From the NCBI GenBank assembly GCA_963717935.1, contig CAVQXP010000004.1, positions 448,001-512,000 on the forward strand: a stretch of DNA of 64,000 bases, given 5' to 3'. Made by a program: the position numbers and the translations under genes. This DNA comes from Candidatus Eiseniibacteriota bacterium (lineage in GTDB: Bacteria; Eisenbacteria; RBG-16-71-46). The notes under the pieces were generated by a model. That model saw nothing but the letters and a program-made list of their open reading frames with translations. It was not told the DNA's origin and did no database searches. Shown piece after piece: positions 52,803 through 64,000 of this stretch. Each line of letters opens with the position of its first letter. The stretch's first letter is position 1.

Positions 52803-52925
52803 AGAACGGACCGCCCTGTCAAGTGGAGCGGGGCGGGGGCGGGGGCGGAGGCGTGCGGGACCGCGTGGAATGCGGTCGGAATCCCCGTGGGGGCGCCGGG
52901 GCGCCGATCCGTGGCGGGAGGGCGA

Positions 52926-53834
52926 CTACTGCGCCCCGGCGACGTCCTCGAAGAGGGCCTGGCGCGGGATGCCGTCGAGGAAGCCCGTGCTGACCTGCCC
53001 CTTCACGGTGATGACGTCGTGGGGCTTCGGCATCTGGGTGCGTGTGAAGGTCACGATCGTGTCGCGCCCCTGCACCAGGTAGAAGGCCCAGCCGGCGCCG
53101 ACGGTGAAGACGTCGTTCCCGACCCGACCACGCACGGTCACGGTCTGGCCGTCGAAGCGAGACGGATAACGTCGCAGTTCGGACAGCGAGGTGGTGCCCA
53201 CGCCGCGCGGCCACAACCAGCAGGCCATCAGGACGAGCGCCACGAGCGCCACCGCCACCGTGATCTGCGCCGGGCGGCTGGTGCGCAGGCCGTCGAGCGC
53301 GATGACCCACCATGGCTCCCGGAGGGCGGCGAGCGGGGGCGGGGGGGGTGCGACCTCGCGCGGAAGATCCTCGTCACGGCCGGGCAGCCCCCGGGGGTGG
53401 GCGGCGGGCGCCACGGAGGACCCATCCTCGACCGGTTCGGGCTCGACCGGCAGGGCCAGCTTGAGGGCCGGCACACTGCTCGCGACCGGCGCCCAGACCC
53501 CGGGCGGCGCGACGCGGCGCGGACGGACAGGCTCGGCAACGACCTCCGCTTCCACCGCTTCCTCGGCCTTCGCCCCCGGCGCTCCGGGCTCGTCGTCCGT
53601 CACGAGCGCGGGCGGGGGTGCGGGGGGGCCGCCCGGCCGCCTGAGGACGGGTTGCGGGAGCGTCTCGGGGGCCGCCTCGTCGGTGGTGTCGTCGTGCGGG
53701 TCGGGGGCCGCGTCCAGGCCGTCCGCAGGCCCCGTCAACCAGTCGGGGACGGCTCGAGGCGGGAACGGCAGGATTTTCCCCGGCTGGGAAATCCGCGGAT
53801 CATCGAACTCGAAATCGTCCGCTTCGGAAAACAC
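52926..53834 (-). CDS. Hypothetical protein: Pro/acidic N-terminus, TM helix, C-terminal OB-fold
   Basis: GGAGG+GTG; single TM; L...PSRFDGQTVTVRG.V...VKGQV. Confidence 0.7.
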   Translation of the reverse strand: MFSEADDFEFDDPRISQPGKILPFPPRAVPDWLTGPADGLDAAPDPHDDTTDEAAPETLPQPVLRRPGGPPAPPPALVTDDEPGAPGAKAEEAVEAEVVAEPVRPRRVAPPGVWAPVASSVPALKLALPVEPEPVEDGSSVAPAAHPRGLPGRDEDLPREVAPPPPPLAALREPWWVIALDGLRTSRPAQITVAVALVALVLMACWLWPRGVGTTSLSELRRYPSRFDGQTVTVRGRVGNDVFTVGAGWAFYLVQGRDTIVTFTRTQMPKPHDVITVKGQVSTGFLDGIPRQALFEDVAGAQ

Positions 53835-53954
53835 GATTCGAACCTCCGAGGGCCGGGCGCGGCCTGCTTGGGCTCGTTATCGGCAGGTGGACGGGGAGGG
53901 CTTAGCGCCCGATTCAGAGGACGCCGCCCGCGCTTCCTGCGTCCCGGGCGGGAC

Positions 53955-55369
<1,415 letters not shown>

Positions 55370-55373
<4 letters not shown>

Positions 55374-55840
55374 GTCAGACCTTCGAGAGCGGCCAGGGCG
55401 GCCTCGGTGCTGGGAATCTCCGTGGGCGTGGAGCTGATCTCGCGCCAGACGATGCGCCCCTGCTTGTCCACGACGAAGTACGCGCGGTTGCTGTAACCGC
55501 GCTCGGAGATGAGCACCCCGTATGCGGCGCAGGTCGAGCGGTCGAAGTCCGAGAGCAGCGGGAAGGACAGGCCCAGCTTCCGCGCGAACTCCTGGTTCGA
55601 GTACCACGAGTCCACGCTGATGCCCAGCACCTCGGCGTCGAGCGCCCGGAACCGCGCGATCTCCCGGTGGAGTTCGGGGAGCTGGTGCGCACACACGGGC
55701 GAGAACGCCAGGGGGTAGAAGGCCAGCAGCAGGTTCCGGTTGCCGCGATACTCGGACAGCATGAACGGCTGCCCCCCCGGGCCCCTGAGCTTGAATTCCG
55801 GAGCGGGTTGTCCCACGCCGGGCGGGTCGTTCACCTGCAT
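55370..55840 (-). CDS. Peroxiredoxin (AhpE/BCP-like)
   Basis: [40 protein letters not shown]. Confidence 0.9.
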
Positions 55841-55934
55841 GGAGCCTCCCGCGGAAAAGCCCGCCGCCCAACTTCGAGTCACACCATTATTCGGGGCCGC
55901 AGGCGCGTGTCAACCGGGACCTCCCCGGCCTTCG

Positions 55935-56543
55935 TCATCCGGCTCGCGAACGCCGGCCCGCGAGGCGGAGCGCGTCCTGGCTCGCGGCGGCCAGCTCCAC
56001 GACCGTGCGCACGCCCCGTTCGCTCTCCCAGCGCGCAGCCAGCACCCGCAGCAGCCGCGCGGTGGTGAGCGCGTCGCCCAGGGCCCGGTGCGCGGTCTCG
56101 GCCGGCAGGCCGAGGCGGGCCGCGAGCGCGCCCAGCGAGTTGCCGCCCTGGTCGAAGAGCCCGCGCGCCAGCCCGAGCGTGTCCACGACCGCGGGGAAGA
56201 ACGGCGGGCGGCCACCCCGGCGCAGGAGCGCGGCGAGGAACGGCAGGTCGAAGGCCGCGTTGTGGAAGACGAGCGGCAGACCCGCGCAGCGCCGCTCGAG
56301 CTCGGCGGCTACCACCGCCGGACCCGGGGCGTCCCGCACCATCGGGTCGGTGATGCCGTGCACGGCGGCCGCGTCCGGCGGGATGGGCCGACCCGGGTTC
56401 ACGAGCGTGGACCAGGTCTCGCCGATCTCGCCATCGTCGAGCGCGACACAGGCGACCTCGACGAGCCCGTGCCCCTGGCCGGGATCGAGCCCGGTGGTCT
56501 CGGTATCGAGCACCGCGAGCCGGGTGCCGTCGAAGAGGGTCAT
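55935..56543 (-). CDS. DEDDh 3'-5' exonuclease (DnaQ-like)
   Basis: LDTETTG, VHGIT, HNAAFD, DTL, HRALGDA. Confidence 0.92.
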   Translation of the reverse strand: MTLFDGTRLAVLDTETTGLDPGQGHGLVEVACVALDDGEIGETWSTLVNPGRPIPPDAAAVHGITDPMVRDAPGPAVVAAELERRCAGLPLVFHNAAFDLPFLAALLRRGGRPPFFPAVVDTLGLARGLFDQGGNSLGALAARLGLPAETAHRALGDALTTARLLRVLAARWESERGVRTVVELAAASQDALRLAGRRSRAG

Positions 56544-56580
56544 ACGTTCGCCTCCGGTCCGGGCGCGGGTGCGGGCTGCA

Positions 56581-57099
56581 TCAGCGGCGCGGGCGGTCCC
56601 CGCCGGCCTTCCCGGCGCGCATGAAGTCTTCCAGTCTCTCGCCCCGGTCGGCGTGCCCGTCACCGATGAAGCGCAGCAGCAGCAGGAAGTCCTGGGGCGC
56701 CGAGTAGCCCGGGACGTTCCCGAGGTGGGCCCCTTTCGCGCCCAGGAACAGGGTCGTCGGATAGCCGGTCACGCCGAACCGCGCCGCCAGGGTGCGCGAG
56801 GTGTAGGTCCGCCCCTGGTAGTGCGCGGCGTCGCCGCTCTCGGCGTTGAGCTTCACCGTCACGAACTTGCGGGCGAGGTAGTCCTGCACGTCGGCCCGCG
56901 CGTAGACGTCCCGGTCCATGCGCTTACACCACCCGCACCAGTCCGTGTAGACGTCCACCAGCACCGGGCGGCCCGAGCTCCCGGCCTCGCGCAGGCCCGT
57001 GTCCCATGACCGCCACGCCGGGCCGGCAAGGGCGATCGCGGGGTGGAAGGAAAGCGTGACGGCCAGGGCGCAGAGCGCCGGGAACAGGGCGCGTCTCAT
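56581..57099 (-). CDS. Exported thioredoxin-fold protein (SoxW-like)
   Basis: Signal peptide; YTDWCGWCKRM; GYPT. Confidence 0.88.
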   Translation of the reverse strand: MRRALFPALCALAVTLSFHPAIALAGPAWRSWDTGLREAGSSGRPVLVDVYTDWCGWCKRMDRDVYARADVQDYLARKFVTVKLNAESGDAAHYQGRTYTSRTLAARFGVTGYPTTLFLGAKGAHLGNVPGYSAPQDFLLLLRFIGDGHADRGERLEDFMRAGKAGGDRPRR

Positions 57100-57283
57100 C
57101 GAAGCACCTCGAAGGTCTCGGGAAGCGTGAACGGCCGGGAGGTACGACTATCGTATCATGGGAGTCACGGACGCCCCGCCGGGATCCGGGGCTGCGGACC
57201 CCCGCCGGCCGCGGGGTGGCCCGGGTCCCGGCCGGGCGTCTCATGGCGCTGCGCCGGCCCGTCCCGACGCGCCCCGGGGTTGC

Positions 57284-58129
57284 TCAGCCGAACACCGTGT
57301 GCCGCAGCGTCTCCTCGATGCGGCGCGGGTCGAACCACGCGCCGCACAGGCGCACGGTACCGAACTGGCCGGGGTTCACCACCACCGTGCGGCCGATCCT
57401 GTCGCGCCAGGCGCCCGAGACCCGGGGTGACTCGTGGATGTGGCCGCTCAGAACGAGCGGCGGCTGGCGGCGCTCCACGAACGTCCGGATCGCGCGCGAG
57501 CCGACGTGGACCCGCGCGCCAATCAGGTCGCAGTGGGTGTCGCGCGGCGGCGAGTGCAGCACGTAGAGCGCTCCCGGGCCCGCCTGCGCCGCCAGCTCCT
57601 CGAGCGCGCCGGCGATCGTGGGCGAGCGCCGCGCGGGGTCGAAGCTCATGGGCTCGACCCCGCCGACGTGGCTCCGCCAGCCGTCCAGGCGGGGCGGATC
57701 CTCTTCGGCGGCGTCCTCCCAGCGTTCCCAGTCCTTCATGCCGAACGGCGTGATGGGCACCCAGGACAGGCCCGCGACCTCCACGCCATCCACCTTCACC
57801 ACCCGCCCGTGCAGCGCGCGCCAGAGCGCCCCATCGTGGGCCTCGAGCACGTCCTGGTTGACGCTCCAGTCGTCGTTGCCCATCAGCACCAGCAACTCGA
57901 GCCCCTGCGCCACCTCCCGCAGGCGGCGCGCGAACTCGACGAAGAAGCCCTGCAGGAAGAGCCGCTGGCGCCGCACGCCGTCCACGCCCGCCCCGTGGGG
58001 CGCAAGGTCGCCGCCCAGCAGCAGTGCCGCCGGGCGGTGCGCCGCCACGAGCGCCACCAGCTGCTCGTAGAGTGCGCCCTGGCCGTGCAGGTCGGAGGTG
58101 AAGAACCACTCGGACACGCTGGGCTCCAT
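57284..58129 (-). CDS. Calcineurin-like metallophosphoesterase
   Basis: SDLHG, GGD, GNDD, HSPP, GHIHE, NPG. Confidence 0.88.
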   Translation of the reverse strand: MEPSVSEWFFTSDLHGQGALYEQLVALVAAHRPAALLLGGDLAPHGAGVDGVRRQRLFLQGFFVEFARRLREVAQGLELLVLMGNDDWSVNQDVLEAHDGALWRALHGRVVKVDGVEVAGLSWVPITPFGMKDWERWEDAAEEDPPRLDGWRSHVGGVEPMSFDPARRSPTIAGALEELAAQAGPGALYVLHSPPRDTHCDLIGARVHVGSRAIRTFVERRQPPLVLSGHIHESPRVSGAWRDRIGRTVVVNPGQFGTVRLCGAWFDPRRIEETLRHTVFG

Positions 58130-58364
58130 CGTAAAGGGGGTGCGCCGGGTCGGACTCTATCGGAGCGCTTCCGGCTCCCGCAACGGAGCCGGGGTGGCGG
58201 CCCCGCCAGGACGGCGCGGGGGCCCGCCGGGCCCGTGGCCTTCGGGGCGCCCCGGGCCACGGACACGACGACACCTTGACCTTCGCGCCCCCGGCTTCTG
58301 ATACTCTCGGGGTCGATCTGCCCCGCCTTCGTGACCTTTGCCGCCCTGCCGAAAGGAAGAGAGC

Positions 58365-59597
58365 ATGTTCCGGACGCCGCCCACCTTCGTGATCCTCTGG
58401 CTCGCCGCCCTGACGCTCGTGCTCGCGGCCGCCGCTCCGTGCACGGCTGCGGACCCGTCCGGTGAGTTGCTCCTGAATCCCGGCTTCGAGGACTCGCTCG
58501 AGACCCACCCCTGGATGCCCTCGGCCTGGGACACGTCCCAGACCGCCCTGCCCACGGTGTTCTTCGGGCGCGACACGCTCCTCGCGCACGGCGGCCGTTA
58601 CGCGGTGAGCGTCGCGAACACCAGCACGCTCGTGCCCACCTGGCACAACTGGAGCCAGACCGTCCTCGTGGGCCCGGAGTCGTGGGGAAAGGACCTGGTC
58701 TTCTCGATGTGGACGCGGAGCAACGGCCTCCAGGGTCGCGCCTACATCCTGCTGCAAGCCTACCGTGACACCATCGGCAAGATGACGAAGATCCTGGGCA
58801 TCCCGCGCGACCTCGCCGGAAGGCGCATCGGCATCAACAAGCTGGACGACCCCCTGCTCGACCTGGGCTGGAAGCGCGTCTACTTCAGCGAGCCCGAGAC
58901 CGACTGGGTGCGGCGCGAGGCGCGCGTGTTCGTGCCGCCCAGCACGAACGTGATCTACGCCCGCTGCGGACTGGTGGGCACGGGCCAGGTCATCTTCGAC
59001 GACGCCTCGCTCAGGCTGGAGACCGCGCGCCCCACCCCCCCCCCACCGTTGCACACGAACCTCCTCGTGGACCCCGGCTTCGAGGGTGACGGCAACGACT
59101 GGGAGTACTCCATGCCGCCGTACTCCGGCCTGCGCATCGACCGTGACACCACTCAGGCGCACTCCGGCAAGGCCTGCATCCGCTACACGGCCAGCAAGCA
59201 GGGCTACATCCAGGCCCGCGTGGGCGCCTGCCAGGTGTTGGGCCGGGGCCTCGCGGGCAACCGGGTGCGCCTTTCGGCCTGGGTGAAGACGGACAGCCTG
59301 ACGGGCTCGATGACCTACACGCGGCTCTACTGCAACAGCCTGAGCCGCGGGCTGGTCCAGAGCGAACCCGGGCAGAGCCTGAGTCTCACGAACGACTGGT
59401 CGCCGGTCTCCTTCGAGATGGACCTGCCGCCGGACGCAGTCGAGATCTGGGCGTGGTTCGCGTACAACGTGCCCGCGACGGGCACGGTCTACTACGACGA
59501 CGTCTCGCTGGAGGTGCTGGGCCCGGCGAGCACGGCGGCCCGGCCGGCAGTGGAGAAGCCCGCCGCGCCCACCGCGAAGAAGAAGCCCGCCCGCTGA
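58365..59597 (+). CDS. Secreted protein with two CBM4/9-like modules
   Basis: Signal peptide; LLLNPGFE..W..AHGG..GQVIFDD and LLVDPGFE..W..AHSG..GTVYYDD; TTGACC-18-GATACT promoter at 58276-58305. Confidence 0.75.
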   Translation: MFRTPPTFVILWLAALTLVLAAAAPCTAADPSGELLLNPGFEDSLETHPWMPSAWDTSQTALPTVFFGRDTLLAHGGRYAVSVANTSTLVPTWHNWSQTVLVGPESWGKDLVFSMWTRSNGLQGRAYILLQAYRDTIGKMTKILGIPRDLAGRRIGINKLDDPLLDLGWKRVYFSEPETDWVRREARVFVPPSTNVIYARCGLVGTGQVIFDDASLRLETARPTPPPPLHTNLLVDPGFEGDGNDWEYSMPPYSGLRIDRDTTQAHSGKACIRYTASKQGYIQARVGACQVLGRGLAGNRVRLSAWVKTDSLTGSMTYTRLYCNSLSRGLVQSEPGQSLSLTNDWSPVSFEMDLPPDAVEIWAWFAYNVPATGTVYYDDVSLEVLGPASTAARPAVEKPAAPTAKKKPAR

Positions 59598-59664
59598 CGC
59601 CGGGGGCCGGGTCGCGCGTCGGAGCACGGCGCGCGCCCCGGCCGGGCCTGCGCATCCGCACGCA

Positions 59665-59694
59665 TTGACAACTGCCGGACCCGCGGCACACACT
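59665..59694 (+). promoter_or_regulatory. Sigma70-type promoter of candidate large ncRNA
   Basis: Consensus TTGACA, 18 bp, CACACT; no credible CDS downstream. Confidence 0.55.
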
Positions 59695-59699
59695 TCTGG

Positions 59700-60155
59700 T
59701 GCAGCCGGGCAGAAAGGCCTCCTTGGCAGGGAGCTTTCCGACCCGACCCGGGGTCGCGTTCGCTGCGCGCGACCCGTCGTACGCTCGAACTCGCGGAATC
59801 TACAAGAGCGAGGTGGTCCGCAGGGAGAGCGGTGCGGCCAAGCGGGGCGGGGGCTGCGCGACGCACGAAGCGCCCGCCCTGGCGATTCCCTCTCGTGTGG
59901 TCAGGAGCGTCCCCCCCCTCCTCACGACGCGCCTGGCAGCGGGGTTCCGCAGCGCAGGATTCATCGCGCGCACGCCGCGGGAGGCGCGCTTCGGTCGCGC
60001 TCCCGGACCCGCCAGCCACATCCAGCGCTCCCGCCCCGGGAACCCCCGCGTCACGCGGTCGTCACCGACAGCAGCAGCCACGCGAAGACGGCCGGATGCG
60101 CGTGAAGCCAGCGAAACCCGGGGGAAGACCCACTCCCTGACGAGCGGCCGTACGG
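59700..60155 (+). ncRNA. Candidate large structured ncRNA (~450 nt), family unknown
   Basis: Series of nested helices, cUUCGg tetraloop and long-range pairings between convergent genes. Confidence 0.45.
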
Positions 60156-60174
60156 CCGGCGCGCCGGCATCGGA

Positions 60175-61095
60175 TCATGCGCGCGGCCCTTCGCCGCGCG
60201 CCAGCAGGAACGCCTGGCGGCAGGTCGCAAGGTGGATCTGGACGGTGTCGTCGAGGCGCCGCGCGTAGCCGCCGCCCAGCGTCACCGCCACGGGCACGCC
60301 GCGGCGCGCGCAGCCCTCCAGCACCATGCGGTCGCGCGCCTCCAGGCCTTCGAGCGTCAGCCCGAGCCCGCCCAGTTGGTCCTCGCGGTACGTGTCTGCC
60401 CCGGCCTGGTAGATCACCACCTCGGGCGCGGCGTCCCAGACCCGCTCGAGCGCCCGCTCGAGTTGCTCCAGATACTCGGCGTCGCCGGTCCCGTCCTCGA
60501 GACCCACATCGAGGTCGCCCGGTTCCTTCGGCATGGGGTAGTTCCGCTGCTGGTGGAGCGAGAGCGTGAAGACCGTGTCGTCGCCGCGGAACGCGCGCGC
60601 CGTGCCATTGCCCTGGTGCACGTCGCAGTCCACGACCGCGGCCCGCCGCACGCGGCCCTCGTGCTGCAGAGTGCGAATGGCGACGGCGATGTCGTTCAGG
60701 TAGCAGAAGCCCTCGGCGTGGTCGGGGTAGGCGTGGTGGAACCCCCCGCCCAGGTTGACTCCGAAGTTGCGCGCCAGGGCCTCGCGCGCCGCGAGCGTGG
60801 TGCCCCCTGCGGCCAGGCGATAGGCGCGCACGATGTCGTCGGTCAGCGGCAGTTCGGAGCTCATGGTGCGCAGGGTCCAGCGCAATTGCTCGAGGTCATC
60901 CACGTACTCGGCCGTGTGGACCCGCAGCAGGTCCTCGCGCGAGGCTGGCCCGGGCTCGAGGAAGGCGTCCCCGGCGACGTCACCCGCGTCCACCAGACGC
61001 TGTCGCAACAGCCCGTACTTCTCCATCGGGAAGACGTGGGCCCCGATGTCGCAGTGGTACCCGGGCGAGTGGACGACGGCGGCTTCTCGGACCAT
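60175..61095 (-). CDS. Histone deacetylase family protein
   Basis: HVFPMEKY, GGGFHHA, GFC, DCDVHQGNGT, QAGAD, GGGY. Confidence 0.93.
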   Translation of the reverse strand: MVREAAVVHSPGYHCDIGAHVFPMEKYGLLRQRLVDAGDVAGDAFLEPGPASREDLLRVHTAEYVDDLEQLRWTLRTMSSELPLTDDIVRAYRLAAGGTTLAAREALARNFGVNLGGGFHHAYPDHAEGFCYLNDIAVAIRTLQHEGRVRRAAVVDCDVHQGNGTARAFRGDDTVFTLSLHQQRNYPMPKEPGDLDVGLEDGTGDAEYLEQLERALERVWDAAPEVVIYQAGADTYREDQLGGLGLTLEGLEARDRMVLEGCARRGVPVAVTLGGGYARRLDDTVQIHLATCRQAFLLARGEGPRA

Positions 61096-61191
61096 GAGAC
61101 GCATCGTGCCATGCGGCTCCGCGCGGCGCAAAGGCGGCTCGCGCGGCGCCTGTGTCGGCAGGCGCGGCTCGGTTACAATCTCCTTCCTGCC

Positions 61192-62439
61192 ATGACCGAC
61201 CGCACACCGCAGAACGCCCTCGCCTTCCGCCGTCTGAGGCGGGCGCTCGTCGTGCGCCGCCTCCGGCGGCTCGACCCCGTCCTGCGCCTCGAATTGGCCC
61301 TCCTCGGTGCGCTCGGCGCGGCGGGCATCGCGTGGCAGGTCCGCCTGCCGCTCGACCGGCTCGCGCGGAGCGGAGGACCGGGCACGGTCGCCACGGCCCT
61401 GGCCGCCGGGCTCGGCGCCTGCGCGGCGCTCGGCGGAATGGTCGCCTGCGCCGACCACGTGCGCCGTCTCGGCCGCCACCCCGCGGGCCCCGAGTGGCTG
61501 GCGCTGCCCCTCCCGCTCCAGGCCGTCGCCGGGCAGTCGGCGTGGGAGTCGGGACTGCACGCGTTCTGGGTGCTCCCGCTGGCCCTCGGCCTGTTGGCTG
61601 CGGCCGCGGGGCTCGTGCCGTGGTGGGCGCTCGTCGTCCTCGCCGCGGCCTTCCTCGCGCTCCTGATGCTCGGCAGCCGCGCGGGCGGAGCGTTCGCCGT
61701 GGAACTCGCCCGATGGCGCCCCGGCGCCATGCCGTCGCAACGGACGGGAACCCGCGCGCTCGAGCGGCTCTTCGTGACCACGCGGGCCGTGCGGGCCGCG
61801 AGGCGGGCCCCGGCGCGCTGGAGCGGCGGGGCCGCCCGCGCGTTCCTGCGCAAGGACCTCGCGCGCACGCTGCGCGGCACTCCGGCGCGCACGCGGGCCG
61901 CGGCCTGGGCGCTGCTGCTGGTCCTCGCGATCGCCGTCTGGGCGCTGCCGCTCGAGCCCCCGGCGGCGGCGACGTTCTCTGCCGTGCTGCTCCTGGCCGC
62001 GGCCGCCGCGCTGGCGGACTGGATGGTCGCTCTCTCGTCGGGCGACCCCTATCCGCTGCTGGCCGCGCTGCCCCTGCGTGCGCGTCGCGTGTGGACCCTG
62101 CGCGCGGCCGTCGTCGCCGCCGCGGCCGCCGTCACGGCCCTGCTCCTCGCGCTCGTCGCGTGGCCGCTCGAGATCGGAGCGCGCTCGCAGTTGGTCGCGG
62201 CCCTTGCGCTCGCCACGCTGCTCATCGGGACGCTGGGCGTGACCTACGGCGTGACGCTCTTCCCGCGGGTCGAGACCGCGCAGAGACTCGTCCTGCTCTG
62301 GCTCGCGCTCGCCCTGGCCGCGAGCGTCATGTTCCCGCTGGCGGGCTGGGTCATCCTGCTGGGGGCGCTTTTGCACGCCCTGCGGCGGCTCCGCGACCGC
62401 GTCACGCTCGCGGCCGACGTCGCGGCCGGGGAGCTGTGA
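61192..62439 (+). CDS. Putative ABC-type permease / membrane protein
   Basis: Many TM segments; FLRKDL..LR and LAALP motifs; coupled to ABC ATPase. Confidence 0.65.
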   Translation: MTDRTPQNALAFRRLRRALVVRRLRRLDPVLRLELALLGALGAAGIAWQVRLPLDRLARSGGPGTVATALAAGLGACAALGGMVACADHVRRLGRHPAGPEWLALPLPLQAVAGQSAWESGLHAFWVLPLALGLLAAAAGLVPWWALVVLAAAFLALLMLGSRAGGAFAVELARWRPGAMPSQRTGTRALERLFVTTRAVRAARRAPARWSGGAARAFLRKDLARTLRGTPARTRAAAWALLLVLAIAVWALPLEPPAAATFSAVLLLAAAAALADWMVALSSGDPYPLLAALPLRARRVWTLRAAVVAAAAAVTALLLALVAWPLEIGARSQLVAALALATLLIGTLGVTYGVTLFPRVETAQRLVLLWLALALAASVMFPLAGWVILLGALLHALRRLRDRVTLAADVAAGEL

Positions 62440-63182
62440 TGCTGGTCCTCGAGGGGCTGACGCGCCGCTACGGGGCGCGGCTCGCGCTCGACCGCGTGTC
62501 GCTCGAGGCGCACCCGGGCGAGATCCTCGGGCTCCTCGGGCCCAACGGAGCCGGCAAGAGCACCCTGCTGCGCACCGCCGCCGGGCTCCAGCCCGCGGAC
62601 GGCGGCCGCGTGAGCGTCGGCGGCGTCGACCTCGACCGGGACCCGATCGAGGCGCGGCGCCGTCTGGGCTACGCCGCCGAGGAGCCCGCCTTCTACGACG
62701 AGCTCTCGGCGGCCGAGCACCTCGCGTTCGTGGCCGCGATCCGCGGGCTCGCCCCGACCGCCGCGCGCGAGCGGTCCGAACGGTTGCTCGCCGCGCTCGA
62801 CCTGGCCGGACGCGCCGACGAGCCGGTGGCGGGCCTGTCGCACGGCATGCGCAAGAAGCTCTCGTTCGTGGCCGCCGTCCTGCACCGCCCGGCCGTGCTC
62901 CTGCTCGACGAGGCGCTCGAGGGCTTCGACGCCGCCTCGGCCCTCGCGGCGAAGCTCGAACTGCGCGAGTCCGCCACGAACGGCTCCGCCGTGCTGTTCG
63001 CGAGTCACGTCGTCGAGACGGTCGAGCGCCTCTGCGACCGCGTCGTCATCCTGCATTTCGGCCGGGTCGTCCGCACCCTCGCCCGCGCGGCGTGGGGCGG
63101 GCCCGAGCACGGGCCCTCCCCCCTCGAGCACGAGTTCCTTTCCATCGTCCAGAATCCACCCGCCCGGGAGGACCCCCGATGA
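62439..63182 (+). CDS. ABC transporter ATP-binding protein
   Basis: GPNGAGKST, LSHGMRKK, LLLDE, ASH. Confidence 0.9.
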   Translation: MLVLEGLTRRYGARLALDRVSLEAHPGEILGLLGPNGAGKSTLLRTAAGLQPADGGRVSVGGVDLDRDPIEARRRLGYAAEEPAFYDELSAAEHLAFVAAIRGLAPTAARERSERLLAALDLAGRADEPVAGLSHGMRKKLSFVAAVLHRPAVLLLDEALEGFDAASALAAKLELRESATNGSAVLFASHVVETVERLCDRVVILHFGRVVRTLARAAWGGPEHGPSPLEHEFLSIVQNPPAREDPR

Positions 63183-64000
63183 GATCCTTCGCACTGCTGT
63201 CCCTGCTGCTGCTCGTCTGCGCGTTCCCGGCGCTGGCGGAGCCCCCGGCGACGCCCGCCCGCGCACTGCTCACCCTGGCGGACACGCCCGCCAGCCTGCG
63301 CTCGCAGTTGCTCACCTACGCCGACTCCGCCGTCGACGCCGGCGACCACGTCGGCGCCGGCGAGGCGCTGAGCTACGCGGGCACGAGCTTCCAGCGCGAG
63401 GGCCGCCTGGACAGCGCCATCGTCTGCCACCGCCGCGCCCTCGAGCTGCTCGGCACGCGAGGAGCCGCTGCTGGCCCTCGTGGACCAGCTGCTGCTGCGC
63501 CGTGGCGCCGGGGACGCCGCCGAGGCGATCGGCGCCTCACCGACCGCGCGGGCGAACGTCCGAGCAGGCCGCGCCGGCTGCCCTCGTCGGCCGGATCGCG
63601 TGGGCGCATTTCCTCCAGGGGAAGGCCGACACCGCGGCGAAGCTCTTCGCCGCCGTCGAGCGCCAACTGCTCCCGCACCACGAGTGGCGCTTCCGCATGG
63701 CCCGCGTGGCGTTCGCGCTGAAGGACTACCGCCGGACCGTGGACCTGCTGCTGCCCGTCGCGGTCCGCGCGCGCGGCACCGACGACGAGGTGGTCGAGAT
63801 GCTCGAGCAGGCCGGCAAGGACCTCGGGATCGCGTCCCGCCTCAAGGCCGAGGTGCTCCGCGGGGTGGACGCCCACGATCAGCCCGAGACCGCGCTGGCG
63901 TCCTCGCTGGGCGGGCGGTTGCTCGCGCTCACCGCCTCGGACGGCTTCCCGCTCGGCGGCCTCCTCGTGCCCTCGGCCCGCGCGCCCGCCCGCGGCCGCC
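63179..64000 (+). CDS. Secreted TPR-like protein, probably continuing into an alpha/beta-hydrolase; frameshifts; 3' truncated
   Basis: ATGA overlap; signal peptide; TPR-like helices; LTASDGFPLGG at window end. Confidence 0.55.

Noticed and set aside
53877..53904. Sigma28-like GCCGATAA on the minus strand
   Set aside because: The TAAG -35 is spaced 17 rather than 15 bp; single instance, not enough support
59699..60150. Faint resemblance to a group II intron domain I
   Set aside because: No domain V/VI, no reverse transcriptase and no interrupted gene; similarity limited to a few short words

Overview
Very GC-rich bacterial chromosome segment carrying about 58 mostly housekeeping or envelope genes (pbpG-like, lon, rlmD, pepA, pabABC-like, nadE, a long Gre factor, PduO-type adenosyltransferase, rho-like, efp, groES/groEL, ABC transporters). 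I see no tRNA, rRNA, CRISPR, transposase or integrase. FlgD-Ig-tailed secreted proteins and STWGxxKxxYR-tailed proteins suggest an Eisenbacteria-like FCB-group organism (inference). Many genes, including groES and groEL, carry single-base frameshifts, most likely long-read consensus errors. Most interesting signals: (1) a tandem duplicated expression cassette at 3357-6097 whose promoter, 5' leader, signal-peptide start, C-terminal STWGxxKxxYR tail and terminator are conserved while the protein cores are unrelated, pointing to a candidate protein-sorting signal and a candidate cis-regulatory RNA; (2) four intergenic regions that look like structured non-coding RNAs (about 36444-36713, 43070-42830, 48705-48870, 59700-60155), three with clear promoters, none matching an RNA family I recognise; (3) stripped or degenerate versions of core machines: Lon without N-domain, pore-loop Tyr or Walker B Glu; Rho with an Arg/Gly-rich tail replacing its RNA-binding domain; an NtrC-type activator with a pseudo-receiver and GAFAGA loop; (4) six sigma54-type promoters, including one at groESL with phased palindromes and no CIRCE. 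All calls were made by eye; no database search or folding software was run.
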